Assembly: GCA_963662615.2 (NCBI GenBank)
Contig: CAXXSR010000001.1
Span: 1,856,001 to 1,920,000, forward strand
DNA from: Dehalococcoidia bacterium
Lineage (GTDB): Bacteria; Chloroflexota; Dehalococcoidia; Bin125
Length of the DNA: 64,000 nucleotides
Reading direction: 5' to 3'
Shown here: positions 1 through 8,947 of the stretch, piece after piece
How the letters are laid out: the number at the start of each line of letters is the position of its first letter
Numbering within the stretch: position 1 is the first letter of the stretch
Notes under the pieces: generated by a model
What the model saw: only the letters and a program-made list of their open reading frames with translations
Database searches by the model: none
What the model was told of the DNA's origin: nothing
Made by a program: the position numbers and the translations under genes

Positions 1-972
1 CACCGCACCACCCCCTACCTCATGATCCCCAGCCCCGTGCAGCTGCTGACCTACTTCGCCGCCCGCACCGAGCGCGTGGACTTCGGCACCATGGTGATCG
101 TCCTGCCCTGGCACGATCCCGTGCAGGTCGCCGAAGAGATCGCCATGCTGGACAACATCCTCCAAGGCCGCCGCCTCACCCTCGGCTTCGGCCGCGGCGC
201 CTCCCGACGGGAGTTCGAAGCGCTGCGCGTCTCCATGAGCGAAACTCGCGGCCGCTTCGACGAGGCGCTCGAGATCATCCGCAAGGCCCTCACCCAGGAG
301 CGCTTCGCCCATGAGGGGACCTTCTACACCATCCCCGAGACCACCGTGCGACCCCGGCCGCGCTCGCTGGACCTCGTCGAGCGAATGCACATCGCCTGGA
401 TGAGCCCCGAGACCCTCCCCATCGGCGCCCAGGCCGGCCTGGGCATGCTCTTTACGAACTCCAAGTCGTGGGCCGAGTACGAAGACGACGTCAAGAACTT
501 CAACGCCATCCGTGCCCAGCGCCAGTGGCAACCCCTGCAACCCATCGTCGTCGCCTTCGTCTCCTGCGCCGAGACGGAACAGGAAGCCTGGGCGACGGCC
601 CTCAAGCACATGGGCGAGCAGCAGAACGCCGTCCGCCGCCACTACGAATTCGAAGAGCCGGAGCATTTCCGCCAAGCCGGCAGCTACGATCACTACGCTG
701 GACTCGCCCAGCGGATCGCCGGCAGCACCTACGATGAACTCAACGAGAACTACGCCCAAGCGCAGGTGTGGGGGACCCCGGAGCAGTGCTTCGAGAGGCT
801 CAAGGTGATCCAGGCCCAGACCAGCGCCGGCGAGTTCGTCTTGGTCTTCAACTACGGCAGCATGCCCTACGACGTTGCCGAAAAGAACATGCGCCTCTTC
901 GCCGCAGAGGTGCTGCCGCGCCTGCACTCCTTCGAGCCCAGCGCCTTCGCCGGAGTCGCCGCCGGCGACTGA
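1..972 (+). CDS. LLM-class flavin-dependent oxidoreductase (5' end outside window)
   Basis: Frame open from base 1 (HRTTPYLMIPSP); luciferase-like motifs 'AARTERVDFGTMVIVLPWHDPVQVAEEIAMLD', 'GFGRG', 'WGTPEQC', 'MRLFAAEVLP'. Confidence 0.92.
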   Translation, partial: HRTTPYLMIPSPVQLLTYFAARTERVDFGTMVIVLPWHDPVQVAEEIAMLDNILQGRRLTLGFGRGASRREFEALRVSMSETRGRFDEALEIIRKALTQERFAHEGTFYTIPETTVRPRPRSLDLVERMHIAWMSPETLPIGAQAGLGMLFTNSKSWAEYEDDVKNFNAIRAQRQWQPLQPIVVAFVSCAETEQEAWATALKHMGEQQNAVRRHYEFEEPEHFRQAGSYDHYAGLAQRIAGSTYDELNENYAQAQVWGTPEQCFERLKVIQAQTSAGEFVLVFNYGSMPYDVAEKNMRLFAAEVLPRLHSFEPSAFAGVAAGD

Positions 973-1188
973 GCGCGATCCGCCGCCGTGCTCTTTCGCA
1001 TCCGCCGTACCTGTCCCCCCAACGAATCTGGTGTGCCGCTCCTCGCCCCAGGATCGGGGCTCGCGTCAGCCGCGCGCGATCGGCCATCCACTCCGCGGTT
1101 CTGATCTCGCAAGGGCGCGGGACCAGACGGCCTCGCGCCGATCAGGCATCCTCAGGCGCTGCCTTCACTCCGCCGGCGCGTCACATCT

Positions 1189-2766
1189 TTGGCGGCGCGT
1201 TGGTCAATAGGACGGGGAGTGTGGCGAGTGCGCAAACGGGCGATCGGTGGCCGCGGCCTCGACGACGCCGCCGCGCGATCACTGCAGGCGGTGGACCGCA
1301 TCATCGCGGCCCGCCGGCGGCCCCCGCGCGCCGGCCCACCGGCGGCGCCCTCCGACCCGGAGCGCCTAGCCGATGCCGCCCTCGCGCTCACTGAGGCCTG
1401 GGAGAGCGCCCCCTCCGTCGACCCCGACGCCGTCTGGTCCCGCGTCGCTGCGGGCATCAGCGACCCCGCCGCTCAGCTGCCGCCTACCTCCGAGCCGGAG
1501 CGCCTGGCCCGCGCCGCCCTCGCGCTCACCGAGGCCTGGGAGAACGCCCCACCTGTCAACCCCGACGCGATCTGGGCCCAGATTGAAGCCGGCATCGACA
1601 GCAGCCCCCGCCGCCCGCGCTCGGCCCGCGCCCGCCTAACCACTCTCGTCCGTGGGCGGCCGGATCGCGGCCGCTGGATGGCCGGAGCCGCGGCTGCGGC
1701 CGTCGCGGCGACGGTCCTGGTCGGCGCCCTCCTCGTTCTGCCCGGAGAGCCCAGCGTCGGTCCAGACAACGGTCTGGCCGCTTCTCCTGCCGTCGCTTCG
1801 CCCCCTCCGGCTGAGGCCCCCGACGCCCAGCCACCGCCCACCGTCGCCGCCCCCGCCCCCGACCCCGAGCCGCCGCCCACCGACGCGGCCCCTGACCCCG
1901 GCCCGCCGCCCACCGTCGCGACCCCCGACCCGGAGCCGCCGCCCGCCGTCGCCGCCCCCGACCCCGAGCCGCCGCCCACCGACGCGGCCCCTGACCCCGG
2001 CCCGCCGCCCACCGTCGCGACCCCCGACCCGGAGCCGCCCCCCACCGTCGCCGCCCCCGATACCGAACCGCCCCCCATCGCGGAGAGCCCCCCTCCTGCC
2101 CAGGAGGACCTGCCCCCCGCCGCCGAGGGCCCACCTCCCGCCCCAGAGAGTCCGCCTCCCGCCGCCGAGCCGCCCCCGGTCCCCTTTGCAACCTCCATCG
2201 AGGAGCTGTCGAGCCTCGTCAATCAGGCGCTGGCCGACCAGCAACTCTCGCAGACAGAGGCAGGCGCCATCAATGATCGCCTTGCCGCGCTCGTGGCGGA
2301 CCTGCAAGCCGACGGCTCCGCCCTCCTCGCACTGACCCTCCCCGATCTGCACCTTGCCGCTGACACCCTAGAGAGCATGCGGGAGGAGCTGGCCCCGTTC
2401 GCACTGGAGCCATCCGATCCCATCGCGACAACGCTGGCGCCAACACTGGCGTCGCTCGACACGCTCTCGACGGCCGTCCAAGACGCCATCACCGCCCTGG
2501 AAGCGCAGACTCCGGCATCCCCACCGCCGGACTCCGAAGGGGAGTCAGAGACGGGCGCAACCGGCTCCGACCCACCCGCCTCCGACCCACACGCCTCCGA
2601 CGCACCCGCCGACAGCGCCGCCGGCGGCGCGAATCTCACCGACCTCCCTTCTTTCGACACCTTTGCGGAGCTGAATGCGGAAATGGAGTCTCGCGGCTAT
2701 CGCTACAACCCCACGCTCGGCAAATTTGAGCTGAAGCCGGGCGGGTCGGAAGCGCCGGCGCCATGA
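1189..2766 (+). CDS. Putative membrane-anchored anti-sigma factor (duplicated N-terminal motif, TM helix, Pro-rich linker, helical extracytoplasmic domain)
   Basis: TM segment 'AAAAAVAATVLVGALLVLP'; overlaps the ECF start by ATGA; N-terminal and helical regions resemble ORF 42774-43934. Start uncertain. Confidence 0.65.
   Translation: MAARWSIGRGVWRVRKRAIGGRGLDDAAARSLQAVDRIIAARRRPPRAGPPAAPSDPERLADAALALTEAWESAPSVDPDAVWSRVAAGISDPAAQLPPTSEPERLARAALALTEAWENAPPVNPDAIWAQIEAGIDSSPRRPRSARARLTTLVRGRPDRGRWMAGAAAAAVAATVLVGALLVLPGEPSVGPDNGLAASPAVASPPPAEAPDAQPPPTVAAPAPDPEPPPTDAAPDPGPPPTVATPDPEPPPAVAAPDPEPPPTDAAPDPGPPPTVATPDPEPPPTVAAPDTEPPPIAESPPPAQEDLPPAAEGPPPAPESPPPAAEPPPVPFATSIEELSSLVNQALADQQLSQTEAGAINDRLAALVADLQADGSALLALTLPDLHLAADTLESMREELAPFALEPSDPIATTLAPTLASLDTLSTAVQDAITALEAQTPASPPPDSEGESETGATGSDPPASDPHASDAPADSAAGGANLTDLPSFDTFAELNAEMESRGYRYNPTLGKFELKPGGSEAPAP
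1858..2056 (+). repeat. ~99-bp in-frame tandem duplication encoding Pro-rich linker
   Basis: PDPEPPPTDAAPDPGPPPTVATPDPEPPP occurs twice, near-identical at DNA level. Confidence 0.85.
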
Positions 2767-3359
2767 CCCCCCCGCGCGTCGCAACGGACGCAACCAACGG
2801 CGCCGCCACCGCGGAGATGGCGCGCGCCCCCTCGTCCGACCTCCTCGTCGCCAGCGCTCGCGCGGGCGACCGCGACGCCTTCGCCACGTTCTATTCCCAG
2901 CGCGTCGGCGCCGTCTCCCGCTACATCGGCGCGATCCTCCGCGACGTCGATCGCACCGAAGACGTCACGGCGCAGACTTTCTTGCGCGCCTGGAACGCTC
3001 TCCCCGCCCTGCGCAAGGTCAACCGCTTCGACGCCTGGCTGTTCCGGATCGCGCACAACGAGACCATGGTGGAACTGAACCGCCACGCCACCGCTCCCCT
3101 GGACGAAGTACCCGAACCTGCTGACGAGAGTCGCTTCAATTCCCCCAGCGACCGCCTGGAACAGAAGGACGAAGCTGAGCGCGTGAATCGCGCCTTGCTC
3201 CGCCTCCCGGACGAGCAACGGCAAGTGTTGGTCCTTCGCTACCTCCGCGAACTGTCGTACGAAGACGTGGCCAGACAGTTGGGAAAGACGGAAGGCGCGG
3301 TCTACACCCTCAAGTTCCGCGCCCTTAGACGGTTGCGCCAAGAGTGGGAGGCGGAATGA
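2763..3359 (+). CDS. ECF RNA polymerase sigma factor
   Basis: Region 2 'GDRDAFATFY..EDVTAQTFLRAW..FDAWLFRIAHN'; region 4 'LPDEQRQVLVLRYLRELSYEDVARQLGKTEGAV'. Confidence 0.95.
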   Translation: MTPPRVATDATNGAATAEMARAPSSDLLVASARAGDRDAFATFYSQRVGAVSRYIGAILRDVDRTEDVTAQTFLRAWNALPALRKVNRFDAWLFRIAHNETMVELNRHATAPLDEVPEPADESRFNSPSDRLEQKDEAERVNRALLRLPDEQRQVLVLRYLRELSYEDVARQLGKTEGAVYTLKFRALRRLRQEWEAE

Positions 3360-3427
3360 GGCCGCACGCGGGAGCGTCCCTCAGCCAAGCGTAGGACCAA
3401 CGCTCGGCGAGGACGGTTCAGCGGCTC

Positions 3428-4362
3428 TCACCATTGCTCCCAAACAGCGGCCTTGCGCAGATGCACCCAGACCGCTTGGCCCGTGACGAGACCATCGAGA
3501 TCGCTGAGAAAGCCCGGCGCGCCGGGACGGTAGACGCGGTACTGCTGCCGCCAGGCGTCGAACCCGTACACGGCGACCAGCGCATCGTCCAAGCCCCTCA
3601 CTGCCTCAGCCACGGGACGCCCGCTCCCGGTCCAGGCAACGAGGTTCCACCCGCTCTCAAGCCACACCACCCGAGGCCCTCGCGACGGCGGTCGCAGCCA
3701 CAAGAGGCCGCCCCCGTCCAGCTCACCAGATTCCACCCGGGGTACAGGTAGTACGGATCGAAGGCCGCGAAGTGGTTCGTGGACCGAAAGTCCATCCCCG
3801 CGTAGGCGTTGGCGCTCTTTGTCGCGGGTAGGTCCCACCCCTCCAGGGCATACCGTCCGGTCAAGGGGACGGTCGTGCGCAGCTCTCCGCCACCGGGCGT
3901 GGTATGGACGGCCAGGTGGAGGTGAGCCAGGCCGTGATTCTCGGTGGCCCCCGGCGGCGCCACCTGGCCCAGCTCTTGACCCCGACGCACCGTGGCGCCC
4001 AACTCCACGCCTCGATGCGGGAGAAGGTGGCAGAGCAGGACGGCGATCCTGGGGCTCGCCTCAATCGCCACGCAGCCTGAGGAGGCGACGGACACCGTCC
4101 CGGCCACCGGCGCAAGCACCGGCGTTCCGGCCGTGGGGCCGTCGCTGCGCACAATGTCCAGTGCGTGGGGATCAACGCCCGTGTGGCTTCCGGTGTTATA
4201 GCCCGATTCCACGGACCACACCGTCCCGGCGGGCGCGGGCAGTGGCAGCCCCGAGATCTCGGCCTGACCCGGTCTCGGCCAAATGATGGCGGCCCCCACG
4301 GCCGCCACTACAGCGCCCCCGAGGGCGAGCCGTTTTACAGGAGCCAATCGCACGCGTCTCAA
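3428..4362 (-). pseudogene. M23-family peptidase with C-terminal GWNLV-repeat domain, frameshifted/deleted near 3715
   Basis: Signal peptide, 'H...ALD' and 'HLH' M23 motifs in ORF 3598-4362; after 'YPGWNLVSWTG' the homologous C-terminus continues in another frame (ORF 3428-3838). Confidence 0.75.
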
Positions 4363-4675
4363 TATGGCGGGGGAGTACGGTGTGCACCATCAGGGTTGTC
4401 CCTGATCTTCCGCCACCGGGCGGGCGCTGCAAACCGAGACTGTCGACCAAGCAACGTCGTGCAGCCCCGCAACCGGGGTATCGACCGAAGGATCTCCCTC
4501 CCACTGGGGATGGCCGCCCAGACTCGACGTCCGGGTCACCCAGAGCCTCGCGGCTCCATCTGATCAACCGCTCTGATCATGCGGCGGAGTCTGCGTGCGC
4601 GCTGTAGCGGTGCGCCCATCGCCATTTGATAACCTGGAGATCCAGCGAGCGGCGGGACGTCCGGAGCGGTGGGCC

Positions 4676-6751
4676 ATGACGAACGACGCGCTTGCGCCTG
4701 TTTCCAACCTCGCCCGGGCCACTCCAACGGCGGGCGTCGTCTGGCTTGTCGTCCTCGCCATCGGCGCCGCCCTGACCCTCCTGGCGATCGAGGTCGCCGG
4801 CGATAACGTCCTCGACGCCGACCTCGACGTCGCCCGCTGGGCGCAAGGCATCGACTTCTTCGCCTGGCATGAAGTCCTCGACTCGGTCGAGTTCGCGACG
4901 GGCTCCCCGGGCGGCGTCTTCATCTGGCTCGCTCTCGTCGTCGGCTTCTGGGCTTTCGGCCGCCCCGTCGACGCCATCGTCATGAGCATCGCTCCCGCGA
5001 TCTGGCTGCCCAAGACGATCATCAAGGAGATCGTCGCCAGCCCTCGCCCTACCGACGATCTCGTCACCGTCACCGACATCGGCGCCGGCTTCGGCTTCCC
5101 CAGCGGCCACATGACCGGCGCCGTCGCCGTCTTCGGCATCCTGGCGATCATCCTCTTCGTCCGCCTCGGTCCCGGCCGAGCGCGGCTGATCTGGCCCGCT
5201 GCCTTCACCGCCCTGCTGATCCTCGCCTCCTTCGATCGTGTCACCTCGGGCGCCCACTGGCCCAGCGACGTGCTCGGGAGCCTCTTGCTCGGCGCCATCT
5301 GGCTCAGCGGGCTCACCGCCTTTTACCTCGGCCTCCGCCGCGATCAGATCATCTTGCCGGGCTGGTCGCTCCTGCGCTGGATCCGTCGGCGCCGCTCCAC
5401 ACCCCTGCCCACCGCCGGCCGCATTGCCGGCTCTATCGCTAGCACCGTCTACCTTGATGATGAGGCCGGCCTGGCGACCAAGGTCTACCGCCCTCCGCTG
5501 CCCGTCCGTCTGCTCTATTGGGCCGCCTTCCAATCGTCCTTCCCGTACTCCAGCCGCGAGGAGGCGCTCCGCACCGCCGCCGCTGTCCGCCGACTGACGG
5601 GCCTCCTCACCAAGCACTGGACCGGCCGGAACATGGTGGCCGCCGTCACCGAGATCAGCTGCCGGCAGGGCGAGTTTCACTTCGTCACCGAGTTGGTCCC
5701 GGGCGAGGAGCCGCGCGACAACGCGGAGATCGCGCCGCTCCTCCAACAGCTGCGCTTTCGCTTTGAAGACGCCGGCCTCCCCACCTGGCAGATCGATCCG
5801 GAGAACCCGCACGCCCACACCAACTTCATCCGCACCCCTGACGGCGACCTCAAAATCATCGATCTGGAGTCCACGCTCGTCCCCCTAATCCAACCCCTCA
5901 ACATGCTGCCCGGCATGCTCCGCACCGGCCGCGTCCCCACCTTCGACGACGTCGACTACCGCCGTCTGAACGCCTACGTCAACGAAAATGAGGCCGCGCT
6001 GCAAGAGTCGCTCGGCGACGCCGGCATCCGCGACCTCCGCGACGCCGTGGAGGAGGCGGAAGACTGCGCCCGCGCCTGGCGCAGCGCGGAGCCGAATATC
6101 TGGGGACGGGCTGGGCATCGGCTCTGGCACTGGATCGACTGGGACCGACGCTCGGGCCCTGTCCGCCGCAGCCTCGCCCGCTCCGAAGAGTTCGCCCTGG
6201 ACTTCGTCACGACCCCGCTTGAGCGCTGGGTGCAGCAGGGCCGCATCCCCGCCGCCGAGGCGGACGCCATCACCCGCTCGCTCCGTACCGACGAAGCCCG
6301 CTATGACCTGCGCTTCTTCGGCACGCTCGTCGCCGCCAGCTTCATCCCAGGACCACCGGGGACACGTAGCTTCATCCGCTTCGCCATCGTCCTCACCGCT
6401 CGCTCAAAGGCGGAGCGCGCCTTCGGCCGGGGACAGATTGGAGCGGAGGAGTACCAGCGGGCCATGCGCCTCCATACAATCCCCGTCGCCCTCTTCGCCC
6501 TCATTCCGGCGCTGGGCGCCGTCGCCTACCTGCTGGCGCCATCCATGCGCAGCTCTGCGCCGGTCCTCGGCGCCCTCGCCGTCGATCGTGCGGGCCACAA
6601 AGTGCCGTTTCGCCTCTATTACTGTCTCCGCGGCGACCGCCTCACCACCTGGCTTCTCAAGTGGGGTCGGGAAGAGCGCTCGGCGCAGCGGCGGGGCCTA
6701 CGCGGCTTGCCCTGTCACGCCCTCCAACACCTGCGTGGCCAGGAGCACTAG
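4676..6751 (+). CDS. PAP2 membrane phosphatase fused to protein-kinase-like domain
   Basis: PAP2 motifs K-x6-RP, FPSGH, R-x5-H-x3-D; then kinase-like 'ATKVY', 'FVTELVPG', 'HTNF', 'IIDLES'. Confidence 0.8.
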   Translation: MTNDALAPVSNLARATPTAGVVWLVVLAIGAALTLLAIEVAGDNVLDADLDVARWAQGIDFFAWHEVLDSVEFATGSPGGVFIWLALVVGFWAFGRPVDAIVMSIAPAIWLPKTIIKEIVASPRPTDDLVTVTDIGAGFGFPSGHMTGAVAVFGILAIILFVRLGPGRARLIWPAAFTALLILASFDRVTSGAHWPSDVLGSLLLGAIWLSGLTAFYLGLRRDQIILPGWSLLRWIRRRRSTPLPTAGRIAGSIASTVYLDDEAGLATKVYRPPLPVRLLYWAAFQSSFPYSSREEALRTAAAVRRLTGLLTKHWTGRNMVAAVTEISCRQGEFHFVTELVPGEEPRDNAEIAPLLQQLRFRFEDAGLPTWQIDPENPHAHTNFIRTPDGDLKIIDLESTLVPLIQPLNMLPGMLRTGRVPTFDDVDYRRLNAYVNENEAALQESLGDAGIRDLRDAVEEAEDCARAWRSAEPNIWGRAGHRLWHWIDWDRRSGPVRRSLARSEEFALDFVTTPLERWVQQGRIPAAEADAITRSLRTDEARYDLRFFGTLVAASFIPGPPGTRSFIRFAIVLTARSKAERAFGRGQIGAEEYQRAMRLHTIPVALFALIPALGAVAYLLAPSMRSSAPVLGALAVDRAGHKVPFRLYYCLRGDRLTTWLLKWGREERSAQRRGLRGLPCHALQHLRGQEH

Positions 6752-6907
6752 CCAGGAGCACGAACCGGCCCGCCTTCGCCGATCTCGTCAGCGTCGTTGG
6801 CCCGATCCTGATCGACGGTCCGCCGCTCCTCCTCGCCGCTGGAGGGATCACCCCGTCATCAGCGGCCACGCGAGCGACGCGCCCGCGCCGCAGACCACTC
6901 CCTCGCG

Positions 6908-7117
6908 CTACTCGGTCGCTCCCCCGCCTTGTGGGAAGTCCGGGAGATGCGCCCCAGATTTGTAATGCTGGAACCCGGGTGACTCGCGGACGATCACGTA
7001 AATGTATTCCCGGGGCGCGTCAATGGTTTCGGCCACCGCCGCCGTGATCCGCTCCACGAGATTGTGGACCTGCTCTCTCGTCCGTCCTTCGCGAATGTCG
7101 CACTGGATGATCGGCAT
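6908..7117 (-). CDS. 4-oxalocrotonate tautomerase family protein
   Basis: 69 aa starting MPIIQCDIREGRTREQ (Pro-1, GRT motif); GAGGAG RBS upstream. Confidence 0.9.
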   Translation of the reverse strand: MPIIQCDIREGRTREQVHNLVERITAAVAETIDAPREYIYVIVRESPGFQHYKSGAHLPDFPQGGGATE

Positions 7118-7575
7118 CGGCTCCTCCTCTCTCGGGGAGCACGGTGGCATGACGGCGACGATCCGCGCAACGACCGCGACCACGAGCGGCCGGGCAAGCA
7201 GCGCCCAACGCAAGCGACGCCGGCGCGCCCGGACGCATCCTCCGGCCGCCTCCCCTCTTTTGCCAGACCCTCCCGACGGACCGCCTCCGTACATAACTCC
7301 CGTGTGGATCTGAAGCGTGCGTAACGTTTGGCCCCCTCCGCCCTCTATTGGGCAGAGAGGGTCGGCTGTTGTCCCTGATTGGGCAGCGGCTCTCGACCAA
7401 ATCTCGACGGGAATGCGTCACAGCTCCCGCGGCAGTCGTCCACTGACCAGAAACGACTCGCCGCACAACCGCTCAGTCACCTGCCCGCCTGCTCGCGCAG
7501 ACTGAGGCGTTCGCAGGCGGTACGGTAGCCGCACGAAGGTGCTGGGCGGCGGTACCCGTTGAAACGGGGAACGCC

Positions 7576-8775
7576 ATGGACCGGCGATCCACCGCTTCTC
7601 CTTGGGGCCGCTCACGGACTGTCACGCTGCGCGCCGGGCGCGACGGCAACGGCAACGGCAACGCGTCGCTGCGCCGCCACGGTCGCCTCCGGCCCGCGAC
7701 GTTGCGCGCGCTGCCGCTCTCGACCTACCTGCCGGCGCTCCTCGTGGTGGTGTCCACTCTCGTCGTCGGACTGCTCGTCACCGCCACGCTCCCTGCCTCC
7801 GCCACCGGCCCTTCGACCCTCAACAGCGGCGCGCTGACCCTGGATCCGGAGGAGAAGCGCATCCTCACGGCGCTCAATCAGGAACGCGCGGCTCAATCCC
7901 TCCCGCCCCTGGCCCTCTCGCCCATCATCAATGCGGCGGCCGACTGGATGGTCCACGACCTCACCAACAACCGCCGCCTCTCCCACATCGATTCTCTCGG
8001 GCGCGGCCTTGGCGATCGACTGGCCGCCTTCGGCTATTCGTCAACGGCGACCGTGAGCGAGAACGTCGGCCGGGAGTTTTCATCGGGGAGTGAGTTTGTC
8101 GCCGCCGCGCTGGAGTCGCCCGCCCATCGCGCCAATCTCCTCTCTGCCAATGCCCGCGCCGTCGGCATCGCCCGCGCCTCGCTGCAAGACGGCAGCGGCC
8201 GCTGGTACTGGGTCACCGACTTCGGCTCCGCGCTGGACGCCGGCCCCCCACGCCGAACCACCAGGACCGCTCTGCTGCGCCCGGGCTGGAATCTCGTCTC
8301 CTGGCTCGGCATCGCCACCGCCACGGCGACGGCCACAGCGCCCCTCGGAAGCACGGTCGATCAGCTGTTGAGCTGGGACGCGGCCGCCGGGAACTGGCGC
8401 TGGTTCAGCCTGGCGGCCCGTCGCGGATCCCTCGCCACCCTCGACAACGGCGACGCCGTGTGGGTCCACGTCACCGCCGCTGCGCCACTGTATTGGCCCC
8501 AGGCCGTCCCGCGACCGCTGCCCCGCCTCCTCGACACGCCCCCGGGGTGGACCTTAACCGCCTGGACCGGCCCCGACGTCACCCCCTTGGTGAAAGCCGT
8601 GGCTTCGCTTGGCGATCGCGTCAGCGCGGTCGCCTCCTTCGACGCGGCCCAGCAGGAGTACCGCCTCTATCGGCCCGACCTCCCTTGGCTTGGCGCTGCG
8701 CCCATCCTCAGTCACGGAGACGCGTTCTGGATCCGCCTGCGCAGCGCGGGGACATGGGCGCAGGCTGCACCGTAA
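7576..8775 (+). CDS. CAP (SCP-like) domain secreted protein with two GWNLV-type repeats
   Basis: 'LNQERAAQSLPPL', 'SH', 'ENVG', 'SPAHRANLL', 'YWVTDFG'; C-terminal 'PGWNLVSW' and 'PGWTLTAWTG' repeats. Start may be later. Confidence 0.85.
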   Translation: MDRRSTASPWGRSRTVTLRAGRDGNGNGNASLRRHGRLRPATLRALPLSTYLPALLVVVSTLVVGLLVTATLPASATGPSTLNSGALTLDPEEKRILTALNQERAAQSLPPLALSPIINAAADWMVHDLTNNRRLSHIDSLGRGLGDRLAAFGYSSTATVSENVGREFSSGSEFVAAALESPAHRANLLSANARAVGIARASLQDGSGRWYWVTDFGSALDAGPPRRTTRTALLRPGWNLVSWLGIATATATATAPLGSTVDQLLSWDAAAGNWRWFSLAARRGSLATLDNGDAVWVHVTAAAPLYWPQAVPRPLPRLLDTPPGWTLTAWTGPDVTPLVKAVASLGDRVSAVASFDAAQQEYRLYRPDLPWLGAAPILSHGDAFWIRLRSAGTWAQAAP

Positions 8776-8947
8776 GCATCAAGGAGGGCGCCGGCGACCG
8801 CCGCTGCCACCGCCTCAAACCCCGCCTCAAACCCCGCCCAACGCCGCAGTGACTGCACCAACAGGATCGCCGTGGCGGGTGCGCTGACGCGCGCAGTTCG
8901 CAACGACCCCCGTCGCCGGCGGGCGGCCCACCGATCCCAATCAACGA

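Noticed and set aside
1175-1212. Shared ECF promoter (cgtcac..gtc) before both anti-sigma genes
   Set aside because: cgtcac occurs upstream of both, but spacing to a -10-like element differs and the motif is too short in GC-rich DNA.
4380-4600. c-di-AMP riboswitch or 6S-like RNA upstream of the M23 gene
   Set aside because: Only generic hairpins (e.g. atcaggg-ttgt-ccctgat); the conserved motifs could not be matched.
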